Shown piece after piece: positions 38,349 to 56,478 of a stretch of DNA of 64,000 nt; position 1 is the first letter of the stretch, and every line of letters starts with the position of its first letter. A model generated the notes under the pieces. That model was given only the letters and a program-made list of their open reading frames with translations, was not told the origin of the DNA and searched no databases. The DNA is from an uncultured bacterium (GTDB taxonomy: Bacteria; Acidobacteriota; Thermoanaerobaculia; Multivoradales; JAHZIX01), in the NCBI GenBank assembly GCA_965368975.1, contig CBDUPA010000010.1:160001-224000 (forward strand). The letters are read 5' to 3'. A program made the translations under genes and the position numbers.

Positions 38349-39742
38349 CTCAGCAAATAAGTGCTGCGAATCCAGGCCAGACAGCACACATTCACCAAGA
38401 TCATCACTACCGCAATGGCAAGCGACCAACGCCAGGAACTCTCCCTGGTCGTCAGCTTCGATTCTTGCAGTCCCCAGCTGGCAAACACTGCGAAGACTCC
38501 CACTGACGGCAAGAGAAAGCGACCTTGTGGTTGGAAGTCCACGCGTAGCAGGAAAAGCAGCAACAAGAGTCCGTTCATTGCCAACGCGGAAAACAGCAAT
38601 GGTCCCAGCACCTGCGGCTTGGCTCGATCCTGTCGAGTCTCCTCGCCGGCCGTGGTCGACCTGGGGGATAGTTCTCGCACCCAACGCACCAGTCCAAAGG
38701 CGATTGCAGTGGTCGGAACGAGGAAGATGAGATAAGACTGCCAGGGCAAGGGCAGATTGAACCAGCCGAACTTGGCCCAGAAGCTCAACCAGACCGAAGC
38801 CAACCAGCGCAGCTCCACGACTCTCTCCAAGGACTCGGCTAGACCTCCGGCATAGCCGGTCGGAGGCGGAGGCCAGAGCGCTCCAAAGCGCCACCAGCAA
38901 AGGCCAAACCAAGCAGCTAGGCCCGCACCAACCGGTAGTGACAACGCAGCGGCCAGTTTCCACCAGCTCTTGCGAAGCCAAACCAGCAACAGCAGCGCGG
39001 TGGGCGCCAAGAGAAAGAAAGCTGTCGCCTTGGCGAAAGGGCCCAGTGCCACCAACAAGCCTGCACCCATCGCGAGCAGCAACGGTGGATCCGAAGCAGC
39101 AACGGTTGCTTCCGAATCGGTTGCCGCCCGTGCCAGGGCGGCGAGAGCAGCTAGAGCGGCGGTTGACAGAGCAATGGCGGCGCTGTCGTTGTTGACAGTG
39201 GCACAGACAAAGAGAAGCTGCGGTACCAGCGCAAAGGTCCACAAGGCCCCGCCGAAGGTGGCAGAGTCAGCGCAAGCGGTCTCCAAGAGCCACATGAGGG
39301 ACGCCACGGTCACCAACCCCCACATCAAGGACAGCAAGCGCAGTACCAGCAGGGGACTTCGCTCTGCCGGCGTCCACGTCATGGGCAAGAAAGCCCGAGA
39401 GCCAGTATTGTCGAAGCGCAGGTCCGGATTGGGCTGTGCTGGAAAGGTGACGCGCTGGAGTCCCACTGTGCGCAGGAGCGTGACACCTAGCCAGTACTGC
39501 AGAGGCGGGTGATGCGCCTGGTAGTTGAAGGCGTCAGGCTGGCCCGGAGGCGCCGGTAGCGTCCCATGGTCGAGCAGGTAACCGGCATAGAAGATGTGAG
39601 CCGCCTCGTCCGGCGCCTCTCCGAGCGGAACGGTGAGAACGTAGCCGACACCGAGAAGCGCGAAGACCGTGAGGATTAGCCAGCGCGGAGGCGATGCGGC
39701 TCGCTCCGCGAGGGTCGGCTCAGGATGCTGCGCGCCGGGCAT
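38345..39742 (-). CDS. GT-C superfamily (DUF2142/PMT-like) membrane glycosyltransferase
   Basis: 'PDEAAH', 'YQAHHPPL', 'LRLLSL', 'VNND', 'FWAKFGW', 'QGRFLLP'; about 11-13 TM segments. Confidence 0.7.
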   Translation of the reverse strand: MPGAQHPEPTLAERAASPPRWLILTVFALLGVGYVLTVPLGEAPDEAAHIFYAGYLLDHGTLPAPPGQPDAFNYQAHHPPLQYWLGVTLLRTVGLQRVTFPAQPNPDLRFDNTGSRAFLPMTWTPAERSPLLVLRLLSLMWGLVTVASLMWLLETACADSATFGGALWTFALVPQLLFVCATVNNDSAAIALSTAALAALAALARAATDSEATVAASDPPLLLAMGAGLLVALGPFAKATAFFLLAPTALLLLVWLRKSWWKLAAALSLPVGAGLAAWFGLCWWRFGALWPPPPTGYAGGLAESLERVVELRWLASVWLSFWAKFGWFNLPLPWQSYLIFLVPTTAIAFGLVRWVRELSPRSTTAGEETRQDRAKPQVLGPLLFSALAMNGLLLLLFLLRVDFQPQGRFLLPSVGVFAVFASWGLQESKLTTRESSWRWSLAIAVVMILVNVCCLAWIRSTYLLS

Positions 39743-40736
39743 CTTCGGCCGTAGAACCACCCTCGGGTACGTGTTCGTGCGCGTGGTAGGAACTGCGCAC
39801 CAGCGGACCGGATTCGCAGTAGGCGAAACCGATCTCCAGCGCGTAGCTCTTGTAGTCCGCGAATTCTTCCGGCGTCACCCAGCGGTCGACCGGCAGGTGC
39901 TTGGAGGTCGGCTGCAGGTACTGGCCGATGGTCAGCACTTCCACCCCAGCATCCTGAATGTCGCGCATGGTGGCGAAGAGTTCGTCTTGGGTCTCGCCGA
40001 TGCCCACCATCACGCTTGTCTTGATGCGCCCCGCGGCGGTCTGTCCCGGCGCGTCGGTCACCACGTAGTCGCCCGCGTCGCGACGCCGGGCGGCTTCGGC
40101 AAGCAGCGCCAGGCTGCGCTCGTAGCGGCTACCCGGCCGAGCCTTGCGGTACATGCGCGGCACGGTCTCCATGTTGTGCGAAAAGATCTCCGGCTGCGCA
40201 CCGAGTACGAGATCCAGCGCTTCCGGAACGCCGCGAAAGTCCGGCGTCAGCACCTCGACGGCACAATGCGGGTTCTCGGTGTGGATCGCTTCGATCACCT
40301 GGGCAAAGTGGCGCGCGCCGCCGTCGGGCAGGTCGTCACGGTCCACTGAGGTGATTACCGCGTGTTGCAGCCCCATCACCCGCACCGCCTCCGCCACGTG
40401 TACCGGCTCGTCGACGTCGACGCCCGCATTGGGACGGCCAGAGGTCACCGCGCAGAAACCACAGCGCCGGGTGCAGATGTCACCCAGAATCATGAACGTG
40501 GCGGTGCCATGCTGGCCCCAGCATTCGTAGATGTTGGGGCAGCGAGCCTCCTCACAGACGGTGTTCAGCTTTAGGTTGCCGATCAGGCGTTTGATCTCGT
40601 GATAGCGCTTCGGTGTCTTGAGCCGAATGCGCAGCCAGTCGGGACGATTGTGGCGTTTCAGAGCCTGGGAGACAGCTGGCGGGTCGGTGTTCGGCGAGGT
40701 GCGGGGAGCACCGATCTGGACGAGGTTCTCGCTCAT
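39720..40736 (-). CDS. lipA: Lipoyl synthase
   Basis: CEEARCPNIYEC, CTRRCGFC, ITSVDRDDL, GQYLQP, VRSSYHA. Confidence 0.96.
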   Translation of the reverse strand: MSENLVQIGAPRTSPNTDPPAVSQALKRHNRPDWLRIRLKTPKRYHEIKRLIGNLKLNTVCEEARCPNIYECWGQHGTATFMILGDICTRRCGFCAVTSGRPNAGVDVDEPVHVAEAVRVMGLQHAVITSVDRDDLPDGGARHFAQVIEAIHTENPHCAVEVLTPDFRGVPEALDLVLGAQPEIFSHNMETVPRMYRKARPGSRYERSLALLAEAARRRDAGDYVVTDAPGQTAAGRIKTSVMVGIGETQDELFATMRDIQDAGVEVLTIGQYLQPTSKHLPVDRWVTPEEFADYKSYALEIGFAYCESGPLVRSSYHAHEHVPEGGSTAEDARRAAS

Positions 40737-40893
40737 GCCGCCAAGTCTACGCTAGGGGTGGGTGGGGGTCTAGTCGCTACGGGAGCTACGGGAACGTCGA
40801 CGGGGCGGAAAGGCGACATGACGTATCATAGGTTATCAATGTGGAGATCACACGGATCTCTACATCTGCAATCTCGCCCCAAAGGAGATCCTG

Positions 40894-41127
40894 ATGAAGA
40901 AACGCAATCGCAAACTCAACCTGCACCGCGAAACCCTCCGTCAGCTCAACGGCACTGCCATCCAAGAAGTTGCAGGTGGGACGCAAGGAACCTGCGCCAC
41001 CTACAACACCTGGGCTATCTGTGGACAACAGTGCGGTAGTGCGAACTGCAGCCTGAACTGCCCAGGCACAGGCGGTGCCTACTCTTACTGCTTCTGTCCG
41101 GAGACCGACACCGTCGACTTCTGCTAA
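40894..41127 (+). CDS. Putative RiPP (lanthipeptide-like) precursor 2, 77 aa
   Basis: AGGAG RBS; MKKRNRKLNLHRETLRQLNGTAIQEVAGG|TQGTCATYNTWAICGQQCGSANCSLNCPGTGGAYSYCFCPETDTVDFC (8 Cys, 10 Ser/Thr); own terminator. Confidence 0.8.
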   Translation: MKKRNRKLNLHRETLRQLNGTAIQEVAGGTQGTCATYNTWAICGQQCGSANCSLNCPGTGGAYSYCFCPETDTVDFC

Positions 41128-41136
41128 AGCTGGTTG

Positions 41137-41171
41137 ATCAATCCCGCCCTGCCATTCAGGGCGGGACTGAT
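41137..41171. terminator. Hairpin after precursor 2
   Basis: atcaatcccgccctg-ccatt-cagggcgggactgat. Confidence 0.65.
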
Positions 41172-41206
41172 GTCTTGCCGTTGATCCCGCTAGGCCTCGT
41201 GGCGGC

Positions 41207-41773
41207 TCAGGTGGCAGCAGCTGGCCAGAGCCAGCCGAAGGTACCGGCAGTGAGCAGGCCGTACACGATGCCGTCGATGATCATACGGAAGACGTTGCCC
41301 CACTTGCGGCCCATCCAGATCGCCTCCGGTGCGATACCTCCGGCGAAGCCGAGGATAGCCGCGGTGCCTACGACCTGGAAGACCTTCAGATAGTCGACAC
41401 CTCGAGGTAGCACCTGGCCCGCCAGGTAGGCGACGAAAACCTGGATCACCAGGATGAAGACGATCCACTGCACCATCGTCTTCCCCATCTGCGGCATGCC
41501 CTTGGGCACGATGGTCAGGAAGCCGACCGGCCCCTCCTTCATGCGGTTCTGCCAGTCTTCACTCTTCCACTCGTCCGGCGACGCAGCAAACGGGAAGCTG
41601 TATTCACCCGGTGGCGTGTCGGCTCCGATGCCAGCACATGCTGCGTCTTCATCTGGCAGCTTGGCCCAATCCCTCTTGTGGAACTGGATCACCATCCAGA
41701 TCAGGTTGCTGGCGATGAACACGAAGACCGTCGAGACGACGATCGGCAGCCAGAGTTCGGTCAACGGAACCAT
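41207..41773 (-). CDS. Hypothetical membrane protein (about 4 TM)
   Basis: GAGGAGG RBS; hydrophobic segments; coding-like codon usage. Confidence 0.75.
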   Translation of the reverse strand: MVPLTELWLPIVVSTVFVFIASNLIWMVIQFHKRDWAKLPDEDAACAGIGADTPPGEYSFPFAASPDEWKSEDWQNRMKEGPVGFLTIVPKGMPQMGKTMVQWIVFILVIQVFVAYLAGQVLPRGVDYLKVFQVVGTAAILGFAGGIAPEAIWMGRKWGNVFRMIIDGIVYGLLTAGTFGWLWPAAAT

Positions 41774-41910
41774 AGGGGGCCTCCTCTGCGTGGGTCCGGA
41801 TATCCGGAGGGATGGGACGAGCCAGCCCCTCTAGGGAGGAACAGAGCTCGCGGTGATCGATCAGAATTGATCGAAGTGTAGCAGATCGATCACCATGAGC
41901 CGCAGACGCA

Positions 41911-41947
41911 AATCAGCCCGGCGACGCCGAAGCGTCCCGGGCTGATT
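41911..41947 (-). terminator. Terminator downstream of rpoC
   Basis: aatcagcccgg...ccgggctgatt inverted repeat. Confidence 0.65.
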
Positions 41948-41973
41948 CTCTGAATAGCAGCGGAAGGCGAAAG

Positions 41974-46152
<4,179 letters not shown>

Positions 46153-46164
46153 CGGGCCACCTCC

Positions 46165-50415
<4,251 letters not shown>

Positions 50416-50833
50416 AGAGCGTCCCTAGTCTGGAAAGGTCCGTTCGTGAACGCACCCGGAGGGCTGGAGAACCCAGGCCTTTGGGAGGCGCCCAGTGCCG
50501 CCGCGGAAGCGGCCGGACCGGTGCGGAAGTCGGGGCAAGGCCGTCCGTGGTAGCGAACGGCACGGCCGGCGGGAGTAGTGGCAGGGAAGAGCGAATGGGT
50601 TGGTTCGAGTGGGCCGGAGCCACAGAACGACACCACGCCCCTACCGTTGTCACCGAGGCGGTGGCCAACGTCAGGGGCATGGCGGCTGTGGGTACGATCC
50701 CAAGTTGGATGAATCTCGCTCGATCCAGGTCGAAGATCTCTCGTTCGATTGCGGAAGACGCGGTGAGGCGCAGCGGACCAAAGGCCACAGACCAGAGTCC
50801 AGACTCAGGACCCGCTGCTCGTGCAGACAACTC

Positions 50834-51217
50834 TTACTTGAGTTCGGCTTTGGCGCCAGCTTCCTCGAACTTCTTGACGATCTCTCCAGCCTCCTCCTTG
50901 GAGACACCTTCCTTGACCTTGGTCGGCGCGGACTCGACCAGATCCTTGGCCTCCTTGAGGCCCAGGCTGGTCACTTCACGCACCACCTTGATGACGTTGA
51001 TCTTCTTGGCGCCGACGTCCGTCAGCTGAATGTCGAACTCGGTCTTTTCTTCCTCGGCCTCACCACCACCGGCAGCGCCGCCAGCGGCCGGAGCCGCCAC
51101 AGCGGCCGCGGCTGCGGAGACACCGAAGTGATCTTCCAGAGCCTTGACCAGGTTGTTGAGTTCGAGCACCGTCATCGACTCGACTTGCTTGATGAATTCT
51201 TCAGTTGCTACCGCCAT
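50834..51217 (-). CDS. rplL: 50S ribosomal protein L7/L12
   Basis: MAVATEE start; [27 protein letters not shown]. Confidence 0.97.
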   Translation of the reverse strand: MAVATEEFIKQVESMTVLELNNLVKALEDHFGVSAAAAAVAAPAAGGAAGGGEAEEEKTEFDIQLTDVGAKKINVIKVVREVTSLGLKEAKDLVESAPTKVKEGVSKEEAGEIVKKFEEAGAKAELK

Positions 51218-51339
51218 CTCACCTTCTCCTTGGGACCTTCCCGAGCGTCGCCGCGCCCGGGGGAGTTGACTCTTTCGAGGCTTGCCTCGTTCCAATTCTT
51301 TCGGCCCAGCCCACGGCTGGCACCGCTAGTTTTCTCGGC

Positions 51340-51864
51340 TCAGGCACCCTTGCTCTGGGCCACCTGGTCCAGCACCACCACGAAGCGCTGCTGCAGCTGG
51401 TTGAGGTCGCGAACCAGGCGCGTCACCGGCGACTGCAGCAGGAAGAGCAACTTCGCAATCAGCTCTTCGCGGCTCGGCAGCTTGGCGATGTCCTGGATCT
51501 GGTCCGGCTCGACCATCTTGCCTTCCACGACGCCGGCCTTGAATTCAACAGCCGGAGCCGTCTTGACGAATTCGGTCAGCGCCTTGGCGAGGGCCACCGC
51601 ATCACCTTCGCTATACGCGACGGCGGTCGGGCCGGTAAAGATTTCTGGACGCTCGCCCAGCGGCTTGCCCTGAATGGCCCGCAGCGCCAGCGTATTCTTG
51701 ACCACCTGATACTGCGCACCGCTCTCACGGATCTTGGCACGCAGCTCGGTGTCCTGGGGCACGGAAATCCCCTGGTAGCTGAGCACGAAAGCGTGCGGAG
51801 CAGCTGCCAGGCCTTCCTCGTAGTTGGCCACCATATTGTGCTTGTCAGACTTTTTCAACGGCAT
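51340..51864 (-). CDS. rplJ: 50S ribosomal protein L10
   Basis: VVKNTL, FTGPTAVA, LPSREEL; lies between rplA and rplL. Confidence 0.96.
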   Translation of the reverse strand: MPLKKSDKHNMVANYEEGLAAAPHAFVLSYQGISVPQDTELRAKIRESGAQYQVVKNTLALRAIQGKPLGERPEIFTGPTAVAYSEGDAVALAKALTEFVKTAPAVEFKAGVVEGKMVEPDQIQDIAKLPSREELIAKLLFLLQSPVTRLVRDLNQLQQRFVVVLDQVAQSKGA

Positions 51865-51902
51865 GATCGTCGCCTCCCGCGGGTGCAGTGCCTCTTCAGA
51901 AG

Positions 51903-52604
51903 TTAGGCCTCGGCCGCGCCGAGGGTCGACTCATCCAGGCGAATGCCCGGCCCCATGGTCGACGAAAGGTTCACGGTCTTCAGGTACTTGCCCTTCGCTG
52001 CCGCCGGCTTCGCCTTGACGACAGCACCGATGAAGGCTTCAGCGTTCTCCTTCAGCTGTTCGGAGGAGAAAGAGAGCTTGCCGAGCGGACCGTGAATGAT
52101 CCCGGTCTTGTCCACCCGGAACTCCACCTTACCAGCCTTGATGTCCTGAATCGCCTTGGCGACCTCGAAGGTCACTGTACCGGCCTTCGGGTTGGGCATC
52201 AGACCGCGCGGACCGAGCACACGGCCGAGCTTACCGACCACGCGCATCATGTCCGGGGTCGCGACGACGGCATCGAAATCCGTCCAGCCACCCTGAATCT
52301 TGTCCGCCAGCTCGTCGCCACCGACGTGATCGGCTCCGGCATCCTCGGCTTCCTTGATCTTCTCGCCCGCCGCGAACACCAACACTCGCACCGTCCGACC
52401 GGTCCCGTGCGGCAGCACTACCGTGCCGCGCACCATCTGATCGGCGTGCTTCGGATCGACCCCCAACCGCATCGCGATCTCGAGGGTCTCATCGAACTTG
52501 GTGAACGTCATATCCTTTGCCAGGGAAACCGCCTCACCCAGCTGGTAGGGGCGATCTTCGACCTTGCCAGCTGCCGCCTTGAAATTCTTGCCTTGCTTTG
52601 CCAC
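51903..52604 (-). CDS. rplA: 50S ribosomal protein L1
   Basis: [34 protein letters not shown]. Confidence 0.98.
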   Translation of the reverse strand: MAKQGKNFKAAAGKVEDRPYQLGEAVSLAKDMTFTKFDETLEIAMRLGVDPKHADQMVRGTVVLPHGTGRTVRVLVFAAGEKIKEAEDAGADHVGGDELADKIQGGWTDFDAVVATPDMMRVVGKLGRVLGPRGLMPNPKAGTVTFEVAKAIQDIKAGKVEFRVDKTGIIHGPLGKLSFSSEQLKENAEAFIGAVVKAKPAAAKGKYLKTVNLSSTMGPGIRLDESTLGAAEA

Positions 52605-52640
52605 GACTCTTGTTCCTCCAGGCCTCTCTCGACGACGGCC

Positions 52641-53063
52641 TTACTCCACGATCAGGCCCATCGAGCGGGCGGTACCTTCGACAGTGCGCATCGCCGCCTC
52701 GACGCTTGCAGCGTTGAGGTCCGACATCTTGGTCTTGGCGATCTCTTCGACCTGGGCCTTGGTCACCTTACCCACCTTGGTCTTGTTCGGCTCGCCGGAC
52801 CCCTTGGGCAGGCCTGCGGCCTGCAGCAGCAGCACCGCGGCCGGCGGCGTCTTGGTAATGAAGGTGTAACTGCGATCGGCGTAGACGGTGATCACCACCG
52901 GAATCACGGTGCCCTGGTTCTGCTGCGTGCGCGCGTTGAACGCCTTGCAGAAGTCCATGATATTGACGCCCGCCTGACCGAGGGCTGGACCCACTGGCGG
53001 CGCTGGCGTCGCCTGCCCGCCCTTGATCTGCAATTTGATCTGCGAAATGACTTTCTTGGCCAT
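52641..53063 (-). CDS. rplK: 50S ribosomal protein L11
   Basis: [27 protein letters not shown]. Confidence 0.98.
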   Translation of the reverse strand: MAKKVISQIKLQIKGGQATPAPPVGPALGQAGVNIMDFCKAFNARTQQNQGTVIPVVITVYADRSYTFITKTPPAAVLLLQAAGLPKGSGEPNKTKVGKVTKAQVEEIAKTKMSDLNAASVEAAMRTVEGTARSMGLIVE

Positions 53064-53226
53064 CCTGTTCCGCCCTTATTGCCTTGCTTGGCGCCTTGGT
53101 TCTCGACCCGGCCCTGATTCTTGACTGTTGATGCCCTAAGCCCCGGACTGCGAACGGGCTTCGAGTTCGTGACGAACTGCCGGCAACCCTAGGGACCGCC
53201 GCCAGACGTCGTTTCGCGACTTGTCT

Positions 53227-53823
53227 TCAGACCTTCTGCACCTGGGAGAAGTCCAGTTCCACCGGCGTTTGCCGACCGAAGATGGTCACCATCACCTTGA
53301 GAGTGCTGCGGTCGAGATTGATTTCCTCCACCGTACCGGTGAAGTTGCTGAACGGCCCGTCGATAATCTTGACCAACTCGGCCTTCTCGAACATCACCTT
53401 CGGCTTTGGCTTCTCCTTGGCCGACACGACTTGCTCGAGGATCTGATCCACCTCGCTCTGTGACAGCGGCGTGGGATTCTTACCCGTACCCACGAAACCG
53501 GTCACCTTGGGCGTATTCTTCACCACGTGCCAGGCCGCGTCGGACATCGCCATCTCGACCAGAATGTAGCCGGGGAAGAACTTGCGCTGGCTCTCCTTCT
53601 TCTTGCCGCTCTTGTACTCCACCACGGTCTCGGTCGGGATGCGGATATCACCAAAGGCATCGCCCATCCCAAGAGCCTCTGCGCGCTGCGCCAAGCTCTC
53701 CTTGACGCGCTCCTCAAAGCCCGAGTAGGTATGAACGATGTACCATTTCCGCGGGGGCGGCGCCTTCGTCTCCGACGCCTCGGCGGCACCGGGAACGAGA
53801 TGGTCTGGAGCCGACTCGGTCAT
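53227..53823 (-). CDS. nusG: Transcription termination/antitermination factor NusG
   Basis: WYIVHTYSGFE, FPGYILV, DGPF, IFGRQTPVEL. Confidence 0.97.
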   Translation of the reverse strand: MTESAPDHLVPGAAEASETKAPPPRKWYIVHTYSGFEERVKESLAQRAEALGMGDAFGDIRIPTETVVEYKSGKKKESQRKFFPGYILVEMAMSDAAWHVVKNTPKVTGFVGTGKNPTPLSQSEVDQILEQVVSAKEKPKPKVMFEKAELVKIIDGPFSNFTGTVEEINLDRSTLKVMVTIFGRQTPVELDFSQVQKV

Positions 53824-54014
53824 CGATCAATCACCCAGAAGAGTGCCTTGCTGATCACTTGATCCGACAGCCACAGGTAAGCGGCGAAAACGACACTGGT
53901 GACGAGCACCACCACAGTGGTGTTGATCAGCTCCTGGCGCCCCGGGAAGGTCGCCTTCCGGGTCTCGATAATCACCTCTTTGGTGAAGTTGCGCGTCTTG
54001 TCGATCCAGCTCAT
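53820..54014 (-). CDS. secE: Preprotein translocase subunit SecE
   Basis: ETRKATFP.RQE plus one TM; lies between tRNA-Trp and nusG. Confidence 0.9.
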   Translation of the reverse strand: MSWIDKTRNFTKEVIIETRKATFPGRQELINTTVVVLVTSVVFAAYLWLSDQVISKALFWVIDR

Positions 54015-54126
54015 ATCGCCGCCTCGCTCCCGCTTACTACTTGTCCAGATAGAGCATCCGGAGGGTGGGTACCCGGAGCCGGCCGCCGAAGGCGCCCCGC
54101 AACCGAGAAGTCGTTGTCAAAGTCGG

Positions 54127-54203
54127 TGGCAGGCCAGGAGGGATTCGAACCCCCAACCCGCGGTTTTGGAGACCGCTGCTCTACCAATTGGAGCTACTGG
54201 CCT
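54127..54203 (-). tRNA. tRNA-Trp(CCA)
   Basis: AGGCCAGTAGCTCCAATTGGTAGAGC...CTCCAAA...GTTCGAATC...CCA. Confidence 0.96.
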
Positions 54204-54328
54204 TCGTATCTTGTTGATTTTTCTACCAGCGACTCAGCGAGAACACCCCCTCCGAGGGAGGGGGCATCCCGGCTCGCTGATTTCGGAACTCCCGAGCCAC
54301 GACGACCCCGGACTCCCTGGAGTCGCGC

Positions 54329-55522
54329 TTACTCGATCACGTCGGTGACGGTTCCGGCACCTACGGTGCGGCCGCCTTCCCGAATGGCGAAGCGCACGCC
54401 CTTCTCCATGGCGATAGGAGCGATCAGCTCCACCTCCAAGGTAACGTTGTCGCCGGGCATCACCATCTCGACACCTTCAGGCAGGGTAGCGGAACCGGTG
54501 ACGTCAGTCGTACGGAAGTAGAACTGCGGGCGGTACCCCTTGAAGAACGGCGTGTGACGACCGCCCTCATCCTTGGTCAGAACGTAGATCTCACCCTTGA
54601 ACTTGGTATGGGGAGTGATCGAGCCGGGCTTGGCCAGAACCTGACCACGCTCCACCTGATCCTTCTTGGTTCCGCGCAGCAACACGCCGACGTTATCGCC
54701 CGCCTCGCCGCGATCCAGCAGCTTGCGGAACATCTCGACGCCGGTAACCGTGGTCTTCTGGGTATCGCGGATACCGATGATCTCGATGGTGTCACCGACG
54801 TTGACGACACCGCGCTCGATACGACCCGTCACCACGGTGCCACGACCCGGAATCGAGAAGATGTCCTCGATCGGCATCAGGAAGTCCTTGTCGATGTCGC
54901 GCTCGGGCTGCGGAATGTAGTCGTCGACGGTACTGATCAGCTCGATGATCTTCGAACCCCACTGACTCTCCGGGTCACCGCTGTTCAGCGCCTCGAGCGC
55001 GGAACCACGAATGATCGGGATGTCGTCACCCGGGAATTCGTACTGGCTCAGCAGCTCGCGCAACTCCAGCTCGACCAAGTCGAGCAACTCTTCGTCGTCG
55101 ACCATGTCGCACTTGTTCATGAACACGACGATCGCCGGAACACCGACCTGACGGGCGAGCAGGATGTGCTCACGAGTCTGCGGCATCGGGCCATCGGCCG
55201 CTGACACCACCAGAATCGCACCGTCCATCTGCGCCGCACCGGTGATCATGTTCTTCACGTAGTCGGCGTGACCCGGACAGTCGACGTGCGCGTAGTGACG
55301 GGCCTCCGACTCGTACTCGACGTGAGCGGTCGCGATGGTGATACCGCGCTCGCGCTCCTCGGGCGCCTTGTCGATGTTGTCGAAGGCGGTGAACTCGGCC
55401 AACCCCTTGGACGCCAGGACCCGGGTAATGGCAGCCGTCAGCGTCGTCTTGCCGTGGTCGACGTGACCAATGGTCCCGATGTTGACGTGGGGCTTAGTGC
55501 GCTCAAACTTCTCCTTGGCCAT
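54329..55522 (-). CDS. tuf: Elongation factor Tu
   Basis: [26 protein letters not shown]. Confidence 0.99.
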   Translation of the reverse strand: MAKEKFERTKPHVNIGTIGHVDHGKTTLTAAITRVLASKGLAEFTAFDNIDKAPEERERGITIATAHVEYESEARHYAHVDCPGHADYVKNMITGAAQMDGAILVVSAADGPMPQTREHILLARQVGVPAIVVFMNKCDMVDDEELLDLVELELRELLSQYEFPGDDIPIIRGSALEALNSGDPESQWGSKIIELISTVDDYIPQPERDIDKDFLMPIEDIFSIPGRGTVVTGRIERGVVNVGDTIEIIGIRDTQKTTVTGVEMFRKLLDRGEAGDNVGVLLRGTKKDQVERGQVLAKPGSITPHTKFKGEIYVLTKDEGGRHTPFFKGYRPQFYFRTTDVTGSATLPEGVEMVMPGDNVTLEVELIAPIAMEKGVRFAIREGGRTVGAGTVTDVIE

Positions 55523-55671
55523 GGCTGCTCAGACGCCTCCTCAAGCTTGGAACCCCACGGTTGTCAGGGGTTTTTGTTTGGAATCTTGCTCGGTTGCGAG
55601 CTCTGCTCTGATGGTAACTAGCTATGCGGCGAGCTTACTACTAGCTCAATCTGCTTGTCTTGCTCAGCTCG

Positions 55672-55746
55672 TGGAGCCCACGACCGGATTTGAACCGGTG
55701 ACCTCTTCCTTACCAAGGAAGCGCTCTACCCCTGAGCCACGTGGGC
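55672..55746 (-). tRNA. tRNA-Thr(GGT)
   Basis: GCCCACGTGGCTCAGGGGTAGAGC...TTGGTAA...GTTCAAATC...CCA. Confidence 0.96.
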
Positions 55747-55876
55747 CTGATCTGTATCTACGCCGGGCATTGCGCGTCCCGGTTTCCTGCTTGTTTATGA
55801 CCCCGCCCGTGGGTCGGGCACTGCCTCGGAGTGCCCGGCGGTGACCTAGACGGCGCACCAGCGGCGGGAAGTGGGG

Positions 55877-55905
55877 ATTGTTCCAGACCTCGGCACGGTT
55901 GTCAA
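55877..55905 (-). promoter_or_regulatory. Sigma70-like promoter for tRNA-Thr/tuf
   Basis: TTGACA-17 bp-AACAAT on the minus strand. Confidence 0.55.
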
Positions 55906-56083
55906 CCCCCGCCCGGTCCCGGTCGACCGCATCGCCCCGGACCGCATTTCACCTGTTTTTTTCTCGTATCTGCCGCTGCCAGGACTCTGCTTCGTCGACA
56001 CCGCTCCAGAGAGAGTTATCGTGCCCTACCGAGGTGCTTGCTTGGCGGCAGTCATCGCTGTGCGGAGGTTGCTCTAGAGAAGT

Positions 56084-56158
56084 TGGAGCGGGAGACGGGA
56101 ATCGAACCCGCGACCAACGGCTTGGAAGGCCGAGGCTCTACCACTGAGCTACTCCCGC
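56084..56158 (-). tRNA. tRNA-Gly(TCC)
   Basis: GCGGGAGTAGCTCAGTGGTAGAGC...CTTCCAA...GTTCGATTC...CCA. Confidence 0.96.
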
Positions 56159-56169
56159 CCGAAGAGATC

Positions 56170-56256
56170 TGGTGGAGGCGGATGGATTCGAACCACCGTA
56201 GGGCTTAGCCCAACAGATTTACAGTCTGTCGCCTTTGACCGCTCGGCCACGCCTCC
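56170..56256 (-). tRNA. tRNA-Tyr(GTA)
   Basis: GGAGGCGTGGCCGAGCGG...CTGTAAA, long variable arm, GTTCGAATC...CCA. Confidence 0.96.
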
Positions 56257-56307
56257 TTTGTAATCTTGTCAATGTGGCTAGGATCCGGCTTGCCATCGCC
56301 GCCAGCC

Positions 56308-56382
56308 TGGGGCCGGCACGCGGGATCGAACCGCGGACCTACTGTTTACAAGACAGTTGCTCTACCACTGAGCTATGCCGGC
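56308..56382 (-). tRNA. tRNA-Thr(TGT)
   Basis: GCCGGCATAGCTCAGTGGTAGAGC...CTTGTAA...GTTCGATCC...CCA. Confidence 0.96.
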
Positions 56383-56419
56383 TCGAATCCCGAAGCGGTT
56401 CCCGCGTCCGGGATTGCGG

Positions 56420-56449
56420 ATGTTACCGCGGCTCTGCCCCCCCTGGCAA
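56420..56449 (-). promoter_or_regulatory. Sigma70-like promoter for the Thr-Tyr-Gly tRNA cluster
   Basis: TTGCCA-18 bp-TAACAT on the minus strand. Confidence 0.45.
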
Positions 56450-56478
56450 GCCCTGAATCCATCTTTTTCTGTCAGTGG

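Noticed and set aside
39720-40736. Radical SAM gene next to the Cys-rich precursor as a possible sacti/ranthipeptide maturase
   Set aside because: It has all LipA hallmarks (CX4CX5C, RSSY) and no RRE/SPASM domain; housekeeping lipoyl synthase
50416-50833. Long rplL-rpoB spacer with small ORFs
   Set aside because: No convincing RBS or coding signal and no recognisable ncRNA; long leaders here are usual
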